Assembly (NCBI GenBank): GCA_963787755.1
Contig: CAWBEG010000017.1
Coordinates: forward strand, 362 to 64,361
Length of the DNA stretch: 64,000 nt
Origin: Vicinamibacterales bacterium
GTDB taxonomy: Bacteria > Acidobacteriota > Vicinamibacteria > Vicinamibacterales > JAMQPK01
Direction of reading: 5' to 3'
The translations under genes were made by a program, and so were the position numbers. Below are positions 9,675 through 19,288 of this stretch, piece after piece. The notes beneath the pieces were generated by a model that was given only the letters and a program-made list of their open reading frames with translations, was not told where the DNA came from and did no database searches. Position 1 is the first letter of the stretch. Each line of letters opens with the position of its first letter.

Positions 9675-10130
9675 TCACTGCAGTTTCACGAGCGCCTGAT
9701 ATGAACATACCCATACGCCGCCCTCGACGGGCGTTACGAAGCCGAACGCCCAGTTGGTCTCTGCGGTGGGACGAGAACGACCAGGAATTGCGCGCGTGTC
9801 GAGGTCGAGCGCATCAAAATGATCGCGCCTGCTGCGCGCCGGGTCGTATTCGCCATCCCCATTACTTCACCGCGTCGGCGTGTACGTCAACACCAGTTGC
9901 CGCCAGCCTCGCTGAGAAGCTCTTCCGATCGGCCGAGGCAGAGAAAGGCATGCCCGGCATGATCGGCATCCGAGGTCCTCCGGCCACTCCGCCACCCACA
10001 GGAGCGCCTCCTCTTTGCCACCGGGAATCGCACATGTGAGCAGCTTCCCGGGTAATTGGATACCATCGCCGCCGGATAGGTCCGCGTGCCTGTGATCTGA
10101 TCTGCTCGGCGTAGTCATCGAATCGATATG
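9675..10130 (-). pseudogene. Unidentified gene remnant, several frame changes
   Basis: Protein-like pieces lie in three frames: ..GIQLPGKLLTCAIPGGKEEALLWVAEWPEDL; ..DADHAGHAFLCLGRSEELLSEAGGNW; GDGEYDPARSRRDHFDALDLDTRAIPG..ETNWAFGFVTPVEGGVWVCSYQALVKLQ, ending at TGA 9675..9677. No family recognised. Confidence 0.3.
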
Positions 10131-10243
10131 TTCGGAAGCTGCGTGCTCGACCATCTGAGTTGCGGCGGCCCGCAGTCGTCTGTGATGTTCGTGAGGAGAC
10201 TTCCCGTTTGTCACGGCCGCAGGTGCGAGTGCGTTAGGCTGCA

Positions 10244-10902
10244 TCAAGATCGCGGGCTAGAGAAGCGTGCGACGCAGCAGAATCCTGCACACGCCGCAGC
10301 TTTCGGACGTCTCTCGCGACACAGTGCATTGCACTTTGTAGCGCTCCGGCGCGAGGGGTCTGATGTCAGACGCCGTGACGTCGGCACACCTCCCTCGGGC
10401 GTCGACGCGGGAAGCGCCAGAACCGGAACCTCGGAACCCGGAACCAGAGCGCGCGTGGGCGCGGGCAGCTTGCGAACGACCGCCGGCACATCTGGCTGCG
10501 GTCGCAGGCGTGCAACCAATTGCTCGACGTCGCGCTTGCTCTTGTGCCTCGCCGAATCGAGCACCTCGAGATGATTCGCGGCTGTCAAATGCGGCCCGAG
10601 AAGGCTGACCGCCGTCAGGTGCAACGAGCCGTCTGCCAGCCTGTCGAGAATATCGGAGTAGCGCCGCGCCGAACGCGCGGCTTCGATGCGCAGATAGGCG
10701 GCGTGTTCAGACAAGTGAAGCATCTGCACGCAAAAGGCAAACATGAACAGATCCCTGCCCGATACAGCTTCCGCGAGTCGACCTCCATGAGCAGCGCGAT
10801 GAGATGCGCAGTCGCTCGTCGCTCGGAGCCGGCCGCAAGTTCGACCTCGAACAATAGATCGCGATCCGAAAGATCGCAGGGAAACGTTGAAGGTAATGTC
10901 AT
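10244..10902 (-). pseudogene. HNH-endonuclease-family gene remnant (DUF222-like N-terminal region only)
   Basis: ATG 10902: MTLPSTFPCDLSDRDLLFEVELAAGSERRATAHLIALLMEVDSRKLY. After a frame change: ..FAFCVQMLHLSEHAAYLRIEAARSARRYSDILDRLADGSLHLTAVSLLGPHLTAANHLEVLDSARHKSKRDVEQLVARLRPQPDVPAVVRKLPAP. Then ERYKVQCTVSRETSE / KLRRVQD in shifting frames. No HNH catalytic motif follows. Confidence 0.6.
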
Positions 10903-11190
10903 ATTCCACGTATTCCATCGTCGATTCTGTCCGCCAGATGCGGCCCACAGGGTGTGATCATCCGTCCGATCGTTCGTTTGCCGCCATCGTCCATCAACAG
11001 AGCGCCTGGCGCATCGTCGTCGACGCCAGCGGCGATTTATGGGAACGGCGGCGGCGATTACCGAGGACCTCCAAAATGCTGTCAACTGTTTTCTGAGCAA
11101 ATTGCGCGATCCGCGACTCTTTTTTTGCGCGCCCGAAACGAACACGCGTGTCGACTCGGTGAAGACCGTGAAAGCGCGGGCCGCCTGTGA

Positions 11191-11514
11191 CTATTTCGCC
11201 CTCGCATCCCGCGCCTCAAGCGCGTTGTCTGCAAGCAGCTCATCGACCTTCGCCCAGTCGATCACCTTCAACGAAATGGGCCACACCGCCCGCGCGCTGC
11301 GCACGTAACCGAGATCGCGAATGCACGAACCAGCGACGAGGCCGGTAACCAGCATCCACATCTGCGGAAAGATGATGCACACCGCCGCGGTCAGCGCTGC
11401 CAGCAGGCTCCACGAGCGTGCGAGCCTTCGAAGCCCCATCTTCCATGTCAGCCCGTGGTGCTTCATGCGACGCCAGTCTTCCAATGTCCTGCGGTGAAAT
11501 GCAGTGAGCTGCAT
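11191..11514 (-). CDS. Hypothetical small membrane protein
   Basis: 107-aa ORF with two hydrophobic helices (SWSLLAALTAAVCIIFPQMWMLVTGLVAGSCI). No family recognised. Confidence 0.4.
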   Translation of the reverse strand: MQLTAFHRRTLEDWRRMKHHGLTWKMGLRRLARSWSLLAALTAAVCIIFPQMWMLVTGLVAGSCIRDLGYVRSARAVWPISLKVIDWAKVDELLADNALEARDARAK

Positions 11515-11524
11515 AGGCGTGAAC

Positions 11525-12400
11525 CTACTCGTAGTAGTCAGGCGCTTTCTTTAGCTTCGCGTGCGCGTTGAAATCGTGCTGAATCCACAACTGCGCTTTC
11601 GTATCCTCCAGGAACCGATCGAGCGCCTTCCTCGCTGCCCTTGTCTGCTGCGCGTCGAACTCGAACGTAGGCACGCGATCGAGCGTGCGCTCTTCCGGAT
11701 AGTGGTACAGATCTCCCGACAGCACCACATTACCGGTCCTGGCCAGCCGCAGGTACAGAACCTGATGTCCCTGCGTGTGTCCTGGGGCCGCCTTGATGAT
11801 CACGGTTCCATCACCGAATACGTCGTGTTCATCGCCCACGATGGTGACCGCCTTGCTGTTGCGAAGGGCTTCATAGGTTGAGGGACGGGTCACACCGGGA
11901 GTCGGACTGGCGAACATCGCGTCGCGCTCGGCCTGCGGCGCGAGCCAGGTGGCCTTGGCAAACAGATTCGCGTTGGCCGTGTGATCGTAGTGATAGTGCG
12001 AGAGCGCCATGTAGGTGATGTTCGCCGGCGAGTATCCAGCGGCCGCGAGTTGCGCTGCGACGGGCTTGACGAGCGTGACGTCGCGCTCCTGTGAATCCGG
12101 CAAAACGAGATGGTGCTTCACCGGCGAGCCCGTCGGCGTCCATTCCGAGTCAGGAACGGCGCACGCGTCCCAGAGCAGCGTGCCTTTCGGATGCGTGATC
12201 AGGAAGCACGCGACAGCAAAATTCGTCTCGGCGACATCTGCCTTCGTCAGTTGGAAGCGCGCCGGATCGGAAACATGGAGCGTGCCTCCGTCGAGGACAT
12301 AAAGCCTGACGGACTCGGCTCGTTGTCCGGCGCACCCGACGCCGACAGCCACCACGATGGCGACGAACGTCGCCTTCAATCGAGGAGAGGGCACGTTCAC
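11525..12400 (-). CDS. MBL-fold metallo-hydrolase (lactonase-like), lipoprotein signal
   Basis: A GTG near 12400/12394 gives ..SPRLKATFVAIVVAVGVGCAGQ. HxHxDH motif in ..YMALSHYHYDHTANANLF.. and ..APGHTQGHQVLYL.. The longer ORF N-terminus (to 12547) overlaps the upstream gene. Confidence 0.8.
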   Translation of the reverse strand: MNVPSPRLKATFVAIVVAVGVGCAGQRAESVRLYVLDGGTLHVSDPARFQLTKADVAETNFAVACFLITHPKGTLLWDACAVPDSEWTPTGSPVKHHLVLPDSQERDVTLVKPVAAQLAAAGYSPANITYMALSHYHYDHTANANLFAKATWLAPQAERDAMFASPTPGVTRPSTYEALRNSKAVTIVGDEHDVFGDGTVIIKAAPGHTQGHQVLYLRLARTGNVVLSGDLYHYPEERTLDRVPTFEFDAQQTRAARKALDRFLEDTKAQLWIQHDFNAHAKLKKAPDYYE

Positions 12401-12404
12401 CTCG

Positions 12405-13184
12405 TCAGTCGCCCGAAAACCGCAGATAACCAAAGCGTGCGGGCTGATGAAACCCCGGCAACATCGTGGGCGACCAGCTGAGTTGCTCCGGATCGCCATC
12501 ATTGTCGCGGTTGAACCGATAGAAGTTTCCCCGCCACACGTCTCCACGCCGCGGCGTCGAGACTTTCAGATCGGCGAAGGGAATGCGCACTTCGACGGTC
12601 CAGCCCCGGTCACGATCGGTTGAGTTCTGCACTGAGCCATCCACTCGAACGGCGTGGGTCATGCTCGCGGCCGTGTACGACCAGTCGCCTTTGAATTGCT
12701 TCGAACGGCCATCTGTGGCGAGCTCGTTCGTGATGATGGCATCGAACGTGCCGCCCAGTGGATTCCATTGCAGCTCGAAGTAGCGGTCGAGCGCCCCGGG
12801 CGTCACAAAGAACTCGAGGACCTCCTCCTCCCAGAACCTGCTGTCTCGTTGCGTGAAGGTCGCCTGGATGTCGTAATCCTCGCAGGTCCAGCCCAGATAC
12901 AGCGCCGCCTCGTCATACCAGAGGCGTACCTCGGTTCCGACACGGGCCGGCATCATGGTGTCGTTGCGGACGAACGGCGTCAGGCGCTCCGCCTTCTGCC
13001 ACGGCTGCTCATCGAGCACGCCGTCGATCTTCACCTGCGAATCGATCCGGGGAACGACCGCCGACTTCGGATCGGGCATCGGCGATGTGGCCGCTGCCGG
13101 CGCCTGCGCCGCAGCGGTGTGAAGCGGAACGGAGGTTACGGCCATTGCCATGAAGCCTGCTACAAAAAAGACGATTCTCTTCAT
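12405..13184 (-). CDS. Carbohydrate-binding family 9-like (CBM9/DOMON-like) secreted protein
   Basis: Signal peptide MKRIVFFVAGFMAMAVTSVPLHTAAAQA. IDGVLDEQPWQKAE..LWYDEAALYLGWTCEDYD..EEEVLEFFV..YFELQWNPLG..WTVEVRIPFADL..WRGNFYRFNR. Confidence 0.7.
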   Translation of the reverse strand: MKRIVFFVAGFMAMAVTSVPLHTAAAQAPAAATSPMPDPKSAVVPRIDSQVKIDGVLDEQPWQKAERLTPFVRNDTMMPARVGTEVRLWYDEAALYLGWTCEDYDIQATFTQRDSRFWEEEVLEFFVTPGALDRYFELQWNPLGGTFDAIITNELATDGRSKQFKGDWSYTAASMTHAVRVDGSVQNSTDRDRGWTVEVRIPFADLKVSTPRRGDVWRGNFYRFNRDNDGDPEQLSWSPTMLPGFHQPARFGYLRFSGD

Positions 13185-13230
13185 TGGAACCTCTCAGCCT
13201 TCGCGTCGAGCGCGATCATCGTGCCGCCGC

Positions 13231-13491
13231 TCAATTCCCGAGGAATAGGCGCCCGATCGTCCGAAGATGCCCGATAAGCCCACCAGTTGACTCCGGGGCG
13301 AGCGAGATTGCCAAAACGCCGGCTCCCAAAACAATCCACAGCGCGCCGAGCGTCACGGCCGATGTTCCCTCGTAGCGTCGCTCGGGCTCCCCATCTGGGG
13401 ACGCCATCGTCTCCTGCCGTGTTATGGCTGCCACGCCACCGATAATCAGGGCGACGCCGAGGGCCACGCCGGCGACACTCGTCCAGGTCAT
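13231..13491 (-). CDS. Hypothetical small membrane protein
   Basis: ATG 13491 (ATGA overlap with the tag stop): MTWTSVAGVALGVALIIGGVAAI..AVTLGALWIVLGAGVLAISLA. Two TM helices. Confidence 0.45.
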   Translation of the reverse strand: MTWTSVAGVALGVALIIGGVAAITRQETMASPDGEPERRYEGTSAVTLGALWIVLGAGVLAISLAPESTGGLIGHLRTIGRLFLGN

Positions 13492-14080
13492 TCGTTCCGA
13501 TCTTTTGAACCCCGGCGTGCGCGGAAGCAATCGACCATGTGATCGTCGACCATGCCGACGGCCTGCATGAACGCATAGCAGATAGTGGAGCCGACGAACT
13601 TGAACCCACGCTTCGCGAGCGCCTTGCTCAGCGCGTCCGACTCGGCCGTGCGCGCCGGAAGCTCGCGCAGCGAGCGCGGCCGAGTGACGCGTGGTGCGCC
13701 GCCGACGAACGGCCAGACGAACCGGTCGAACGTGCCGAACTCGCGCTGGATGGTCAGGAACGCCCGCGCGTTCGTCACAGCGCTGTTGATCTTGAGCCGG
13801 TTCCGCACGATACCGGCGTCGTCCATCAGCCGCGCGATTCGATCGTCCGTGAAGCGCGCGACTTTCGCGGGATCGAACCCCGCGAACGCCTTGCGGTAGC
13901 CGTCGCGCTTCTTGAGAATGGTCTCCCAGCTCAAGCCCGCCTGCGCGCCTTCGAGGATGAGAAATTCAAAGAAGACGCGGTCGTCGTGCACCGGCCTGCC
14001 CACTCCGCATCGTGATACGCGATCGACAGCGGTGTTTGCGCCCACGCGCAGCGCGTGCGGTTGGTGGATCGCCGAACCAT
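13488..14080 (-). pseudogene. tag: DNA-3-methyladenine glycosylase I, one frame change near 14000
   Basis: ATG 14080 gives MVRRSTNRTRCAWAQTPLSIAYHDAEW. This joins the frame of ORF 13488..14144: GRPVHDDRVFFEFLILEGAQAGLSWETILKKRDGYRKAFAGFDP..GIVRNRLKINSAVTNA..FKFVGSTICYAFMQAVGMVDDH. Restoring one G in GAGTGGGCAGG repairs the frame. Confidence 0.85.
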
Positions 14081-14484
14081 CAGCCTCGCTTCCCTGCGGG
14101 TCTGGCCGCGTGCCGTGGATCACCATGCTTCCTGTCCAGCGCAACCGCTTCCCGCGTCAACCGACGCACTGTCGCGGGCTTAATCGTCATTCCTTCACGG
14201 AGTTCCAGCGTGGCCATCTCGTATTTGCCGCCCGGTTTGAGGCGAGGTTCAATCGCGCTCAAGTGTTGGCCTCGCCAGAAACCGAACAGCACGCGCCTTT
14301 CCTCGGCACGAATGAGCAGGACCGGTCCATTCGCCAGATAGACGAGGTGACCCCATTTCACGACCTCTTCCAGAGCCGAAGCGGCACGGACCGTTGACCG
14401 CAGCGCTACGACAACCTTGCGATGCCAGCCATCCAGCGCTTCAACATACGCGTCGGGGCTGGCGGCAGGCGTCATCTTCTTCAT
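14080..14484 (-). CDS. DUF1801 (YdhG-like) domain protein
   Basis: MKKMTPAASPDAYVEALDGWHRKVVVALRSTVRAASALEEVVKWGHLVYLANGPVLLIRAEERRVLFGFWRG.. GGAG lies 8 nt upstream of the start. Confidence 0.7.
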   Translation of the reverse strand: MKKMTPAASPDAYVEALDGWHRKVVVALRSTVRAASALEEVVKWGHLVYLANGPVLLIRAEERRVLFGFWRGQHLSAIEPRLKPGGKYEMATLELREGMTIKPATVRRLTREAVALDRKHGDPRHAARPAGKRG

Positions 14485-14523
14485 CGGGATGTCTCCAGCA
14501 TTTGGGCCAGCTTCACGTACTCC

Positions 14524-15389
14524 TTACCGGTGGGCCGCGATGAATTGCCGAACACGCGGAAATGAATTCCGGCCGCCGAACGACTGCGCGCTCGCCGGCG
14601 TGAGTGGCGCCATCTACCGTCACAAGTCGCGCACTTGGCAAAATCGCCAGCATTGCACTTGCCGGACTCAACAGCGTCCAGGGTTCCATAGATCATGAGC
14701 ATGGGAACTTTGATGCTCGCGGCTTGCTCGCGCGTGATGTAAAGGCCCTTCATGCCGCCACGGCGAAGCGCCGCGAGAGCCCTGACATCATTTTGGGCAG
14801 TCAGCATTGCCGACAGGGCAAGGATCTGTTCTTCGCTAGGCTTTGTACCGGTCGTACCCGGACCTGACACAAGCGAGCGAAATGGCACATCGGTCGCGAG
14901 CTCACGCGCAGAGTCCTCGTAGAACTTCTCATCCTCGGGTTCCCATTCGCGATATCCCGAATGCCCCCCAAGAATTCCCGTCATAAGCCGCTGGGGGTGG
15001 GTGACCGCCACGCTCGCGACGACGCCGCCACCCATGGAATAGCCAATCAGGTGCGCGCGCTTGATGCCAAGGTGATCCATCAGCCGGATCGGATCAGTCG
15101 CCATGTCGCGGTAAGCGGATGGTTCGTACGCCTTACCGCTCTTGCCATGTCCAGGCATGTCATATGCGATCACTCGGTGGTCTTTCGAGAGGTCGGCGAA
15201 GACACCGCTGTCGATCCAGTTGCTTTCGATGAACCTGGTGTAGCCGTGCACCAGGATGACCGGCACTCCTGTCCCTGATTCAACGTATCGGATGCGAATG
15301 CCATTGGAGTCGAACGACTTGTCGGCAGGCGCTTGCGTCTGCGCATGGATGCCGGCCAGCATCAGACAAACAAGCACGAGTACCGGCAA
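14524..15389 (-). pseudogene. Alpha/beta hydrolase with signal peptide, two frame changes near the 3' end (about 14650 and 14555)
   Basis: ORF 14481..15389: ..VPVILVHGYT..HLIGYSMGGGVVASV..KVPMLMIYGTLDAV. The expected C-terminus AILPSARLVTVDGATHAGERAVVRRPEFIS and then RQFIAAHR (TAA 14524..14526) is in the other two frames. A strong RBS plus ATG at 15399 is out of frame with the body. Confidence 0.75.
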
Positions 15390-15466
15390 TACTTCTCATG
15401 CTCCCTCCTCCACTGTCCGGCTAAAGCCGGACACTACCGATTGCCGACGACCGCGCATAATGCCCA

Positions 15467-16582
15467 CTACCGCGCATACACCGCCCGCTCGAACGCGTCG
15501 TACACCGCGAGCGCCTTGCTGTCGGCAAACGGAAGAAACTGCATCAGAATCACGCCGGCGACGCCACGGGCCGGATCGACCCAGAAGTAAGTGTTGTTGA
15601 GCCCGCCCCAGCTCAGGCTACCCGCGCTTCGCCGGCCCGGCTTGCCGTCGGCGGTAATCATGAACCCGATGCCCCATTTGTCTCGACCGTCGGCGACGAA
15701 CGTAAAGTCGCTGCTGCGCTCGGGCATCGCCGTTTTCACCGCGCGCACGCCGACTGTGCCAATGTGATTCTGGCCCATCGCTGCGATGGTTTCGGCAGAG
15801 GCAACGCGGACGCCGTTCAAAGTTCCCTGATTGAGCAGCATCTGCAGGAAACGGACATAGTCCGGCGCCGTCGAGGCGAGCCCGCCGCCGCCGACCGGCT
15901 GTGTCACCGACATCGGCGGTTGAACCGGATCGATCTGAAACGTGCCGTCCGAACGACGCCGATGCACGAGGGTGAAGCGCGGCCGCCGATCTTCCGCCTG
16001 GTTGTAGGACGTATCGGCCATCCCCAGTGGGCTGAAGATGTGATCGCGGAAGTAGGTCTCGAGGTTCTTACCCGACAGCGCTTCGACGATGCGGCCTCCC
16101 CAATCGATGCCGGTGCTGTAGAGCCATTGCTCACCAGGATCGAAGAGCAAAGGGCCTGCGACATACGCTTCGCCCGCACGCGGCTTGAAATCACGCACAA
16201 TCGGACTCGTGAAGTTGTAGCCGAGTCCGGCTGTGTGCGTGAGCATATGCCGGAGAGTCGGCGCCCGTTTAGTGGGCCGGAGTGTGTACTCACCAGTCTT
16301 CGCATCGAAGGTCTCGAAGACTTTCAGGTTCGCGAGTTGGGGAAGGTACTTCTCGGCAGGATCGTCGAGGCTGAGCCGGCCTTGTTCAACCAGCTGCATC
16401 ACTGCCAGCGAGGTGACCGGCTTGGTCATCGATGCGATGCGGAAGATGGTATCGACGGTCATCGGGCGGCCGCTCGCGGCGTCCGCCACTCCGAAGGCTC
16501 CTTGGTACACGATGCCGCGGCGATCCGTGACCATCGCGACCACGCCTGGAATATCACCACGTGTGACGGCATCGGCCAACAC
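15467..16582 (-). CDS. Serine hydrolase (beta-lactamase class C / esterase family)
   Basis: C-terminal ~370 aa of ORF 15467..17743: ..LADAVTRGDIPGVVAMVTDRRGIVYQGAFG..FRIASMTKPVTSLAVMQLVEQG (SxxK)..LTHTAGLGY..WGGLNNTYFWVDP. Probable GTG/TTG start at 16582/16579. Confidence 0.8.
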   Translation of the reverse strand: MLADAVTRGDIPGVVAMVTDRRGIVYQGAFGVADAASGRPMTVDTIFRIASMTKPVTSLAVMQLVEQGRLSLDDPAEKYLPQLANLKVFETFDAKTGEYTLRPTKRAPTLRHMLTHTAGLGYNFTSPIVRDFKPRAGEAYVAGPLLFDPGEQWLYSTGIDWGGRIVEALSGKNLETYFRDHIFSPLGMADTSYNQAEDRRPRFTLVHRRRSDGTFQIDPVQPPMSVTQPVGGGGLASTAPDYVRFLQMLLNQGTLNGVRVASAETIAAMGQNHIGTVGVRAVKTAMPERSSDFTFVADGRDKWGIGFMITADGKPGRRSAGSLSWGGLNNTYFWVDPARGVAGVILMQFLPFADSKALAVYDAFERAVYAR

Positions 16583-16586
16583 CTTA

Positions 16587-17374
16587 TCAATGGCTGCGGA
16601 CGTGGGCTCCAACCCACTCTTTGCCACGGAGCCGGCGGCCTCCGGGGACGCCAGAAATCTGATGAGTGCGCGGGCAGCATCCGCATTCTTCGAGCCTGCC
16701 GCAACCCCGGCCGAGAACACAGTTATTCGCTGAACCTCAGGCGGCAGCGGCCCAACATAATCGATGCCCGCCTCCGGCAGGAGTTCGCTGATCTGCTGGA
16801 AGCCGATCTCTGCCTCTCCACGCGCCACCACGGCGCCGACTCGCTCGAGGTCGATTCTCCGACTCTTCCCCAGCACCTGATCGGCGATTCCCAGGCGCTG
16901 AAACAGCTCGGTGGTGAGATAGCGCCCGCTGACGCTGGCGGAATACGCGATAGATTTCGCCTGCAAAAGCGTGCGGGTCAGGGCATCGACAGAGCTGATG
17001 TCCGGCTTGGGCGTGCCAGCTCGCACGGCCATGCCGATGCCCGAACGCGCAAGCGCAACCCGGCTGTCGGCCAGAACCCTGCCGTTCTTGATCAACTCAT
17101 TCAGCGCGTCGTCCGCGACTATCACGACGTCGACGGCTTCACCACGCTCGAGGCGGCTGGGAATGGAGTCTGATCCAACTCCCATTGAAGTCGCGGTGGT
17201 CACGATTTTGACCTTGAGACTGCGTTCGAGTTGAGGGCGGAGCTCAAGATATGCCGCCGTAAAGGCGCCTGAGGTCATGACCCTGATGTCGTCCGCTGAT
17301 GCGGTGCGGACAAGAAACAGCATGCTGGCGACGAGCAGTGCTGCCCTTCTCGAAACAACCGACCTCGTTCTCAT
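16587..17374 (-). CDS. Periplasmic substrate-binding protein (ModA-like, PBP2 fold); stop reached only after a frame change near 16605
   Basis: ATG 17374: MRTRSVVSRRAALLVASMLFLVRTASADDIRVMTSGAFTAAY..AYSASVSGRYL..FSAGVAAGSKNADAARALIRFLASPEAAGSVAKSGLEP. Restoring one C after GAGCCC gives ..GLEPHVRSH and the double stop TGA TAA at 16584..16589. Confidence 0.65.
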
Positions 17375-17478
17375 AGCGGTTCTATCCTTTCGATGCCGCA
17401 CGGCAGACAGATCGATGCGCTGCCGAACGCCCGCGGCGGCCCAGTGTTGCACCAGCCGCACCTGGCTGCAAGCCGATG

Positions 17479-18405
17479 TCAAGTATCGAGCCTCACGAAG
17501 CTGCCGATCTCCACTACGCGCCGGCCGACACGCAGGGATGTCTTGAGCGAAGCCGTGTTCGCGGCGGCAATCGTGCCGAAGACAAACCTCTCGCGGTCGG
17601 CGTTGAGTTGTCGCAGAAATGCCTGTTGCATCGCGGGGGCGAAGCGGCGTCCACGAAAGTCGGGGTGCAGCACCTCCTCGACGATGAGCCAGCCACGCCA
17701 TTGACGATACGAGTCTGGGCGGGCAGCAATCACGCCCGCCCACACGTCATCGATCAGAACCCGATACAGCGCCCCTGCGGCCGCGCATTCGGCTAAGGAC
17801 GATTCCGTTTCAGGTGCGACGAATGTGGCGGCCGACGTTGTAATCGGGGGCGCGGCTTCGTACATGCGCCGAAACTCGCCATACCACTCCAGACCTGGAT
17901 CCCGCTCGAGCCGAATCCGCTGGAGCCCCGGTAGATCGGGAGCCATCTGCAAGGCTCGCACTGAACCTCCGACAACCATCAGGTCATCTTCGGCTTCCTG
18001 AATGGGAGCCGCGGCGCTGAATCGCCATACGCGAACAGCACGCGGCTGAAAGCGCGCGAACGGCGCTGCCAACGACGCAAGTGGGAGTGGCCGCGGCAGC
18101 GGACCTGATTGCGCGGATACGTCCACGAACGGGAAGTCCGTCGCGAGGCCCCGAAAGTGAATAGCGGCGATCACTGAGCACGTTGGAGCGACCTGCAGAA
18201 CTCTCGCGGCATAGTGCTCCGGCTTGGCGCCAGGCACCGGGCACGTTTCCGCGTATCTCCGAAGATACACAGGGTCGCCTGTGCGCTCGAGAAGTTGCGC
18301 GACGAATGCCCTGGCGTTCAGCGTGCGACTGGCGTCATGCGCGTCCTCGCGCTGACCGGCCAGATAGTGCTCGAATGCAGTACGGTCGGCTGTGCTTACG
18401 CTCAT
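17479..18405 (-). CDS. Hypothetical protein, possible GNAT-like C-terminal domain
   Basis: Intact 308-aa ORF with protein-like composition. C-terminal part ..LIVEEVLHPDFRGRRFAPAMQQAFLRQL..FGTIAAANTASLKTSLRVGRRVV resembles an acetyltransferase fold. Confidence 0.5.
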   Translation of the reverse strand: MSVSTADRTAFEHYLAGQREDAHDASRTLNARAFVAQLLERTGDPVYLRRYAETCPVPGAKPEHYAARVLQVAPTCSVIAAIHFRGLATDFPFVDVSAQSGPLPRPLPLASLAAPFARFQPRAVRVWRFSAAAPIQEAEDDLMVVGGSVRALQMAPDLPGLQRIRLERDPGLEWYGEFRRMYEAAPPITTSAATFVAPETESSLAECAAAGALYRVLIDDVWAGVIAARPDSYRQWRGWLIVEEVLHPDFRGRRFAPAMQQAFLRQLNADRERFVFGTIAAANTASLKTSLRVGRRVVEIGSFVRLDT

Positions 18406-18442
18406 TAAGAAAGGGCGAAGCCACCGTGTTGGGCTGTTGAGT

Positions 18443-19288
18443 CTACGCGCCCATCTGGCTGGCCAAGTCGTTGAAGTCCCTCGCCGAAACGTCGACCGGT
18501 ATCGCCGCTTTCAAGTCGGGCTTCCCATTCGGCCCATACTCGAGTGGCCTCGTCACGAACGCCGTCCTCAGCCCTACGTCCTTGGCTGCGCGCAGATCGC
18601 CCGAATGGGCCGCCACCATCATGACTTCGGCCGGCCTGAGGTCGAGAATATCGGCGGCGGACTGGTAGACCTCGCGGTCGGGCTTGTAGTGACGAGCGAG
18701 CTCGGCCCCCAGAATGCAATCCCACGGTAAGCCCGAATGTTTCGCCATGTCCGTCATCAGCGAGATGTTGCCGTTCGAGAGGGGCGCGATAATGAATCTC
18801 TTCTTTATGCGTGTGAGTCCAGCCACAGCGTCTGGCCACGGTCGCAATCGATGCCACGCACGATTGAGCGCGTCAATTTCTGTTTCCGAAAGTCCCTTTA
18901 TGCCAAAGTCGATGAGGATCTGATCCAGGGTCATCCGATGCAGGCGATCGAGCTTGGTCCAAGGCAACTCACCAGAGCGGACGCGGTTCATGCTCGGGCC
19001 ATAACCGGCACGCCAGGCGTCGGCGAATTTCGCTCCGTCGACAGTCAGGCCTTTCTTCCTTGCCAGTTGCTCCACTTCCTGCGTCACGGATGTTCGCCAG
19101 TCGACAACGGTACCGAACGTATCGAAAACGAGCGCCTTGACCGATGCCAACGGAGGATTTGACGGCGCGCCGGTCTGGGTCATACCTGACGGAATTGCCG
19201 AATTGCGGACGAAGCCCGCGCCGATCGTCGCCACGGCGCCTGCCTGCAGAAACTCTCTCCGTGAGAGTGCCTTTAACCCATCGAGCAT
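18443..19288 (-). CDS. Haloacid dehalogenase type II-like HAD hydrolase with twin-arginine signal
   Basis: ATG 19288 is preceded by AGGAGG. MLDGLKALSRREFLQAGAVATIGAG.. then ALVFDTFGTVVDW (motif I)..IAPLSNGN..YKPDREVY..MMVAAHSGDLRAAKDVGLRTAFV. Confidence 0.8.
   Translation of the reverse strand: MLDGLKALSRREFLQAGAVATIGAGFVRNSAIPSGMTQTGAPSNPPLASVKALVFDTFGTVVDWRTSVTQEVEQLARKKGLTVDGAKFADAWRAGYGPSMNRVRSGELPWTKLDRLHRMTLDQILIDFGIKGLSETEIDALNRAWHRLRPWPDAVAGLTRIKKRFIIAPLSNGNISLMTDMAKHSGLPWDCILGAELARHYKPDREVYQSAADILDLRPAEVMMVAAHSGDLRAAKDVGLRTAFVTRPLEYGPNGKPDLKAAIPVDVSARDFNDLASQMGA

Noticed and set aside
15389-15399. ATG at 15399 with the strong RBS GGAGGAGGGAGC as the start of the alpha/beta hydrolase
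   Set aside because: It is out of frame with the hydrolase body and would need a further indel. I kept the in-frame TTG at 15389, but the true start may be this ATG if another sequencing error is present.
15764-17173. 469-aa plus-strand ORF opposite the serine hydrolase and binding-protein genes
   Set aside because: It is antisense to well-supported genes, has Arg/His/Gly-rich composition, and shows no motifs.
15467-17743. Start of the 758-aa ORF at 17743
   Set aside because: The first 123 residues are Arg/Cys-rich and overlap the upstream gene. A convincing signal peptide begins at the ATG at 17374.
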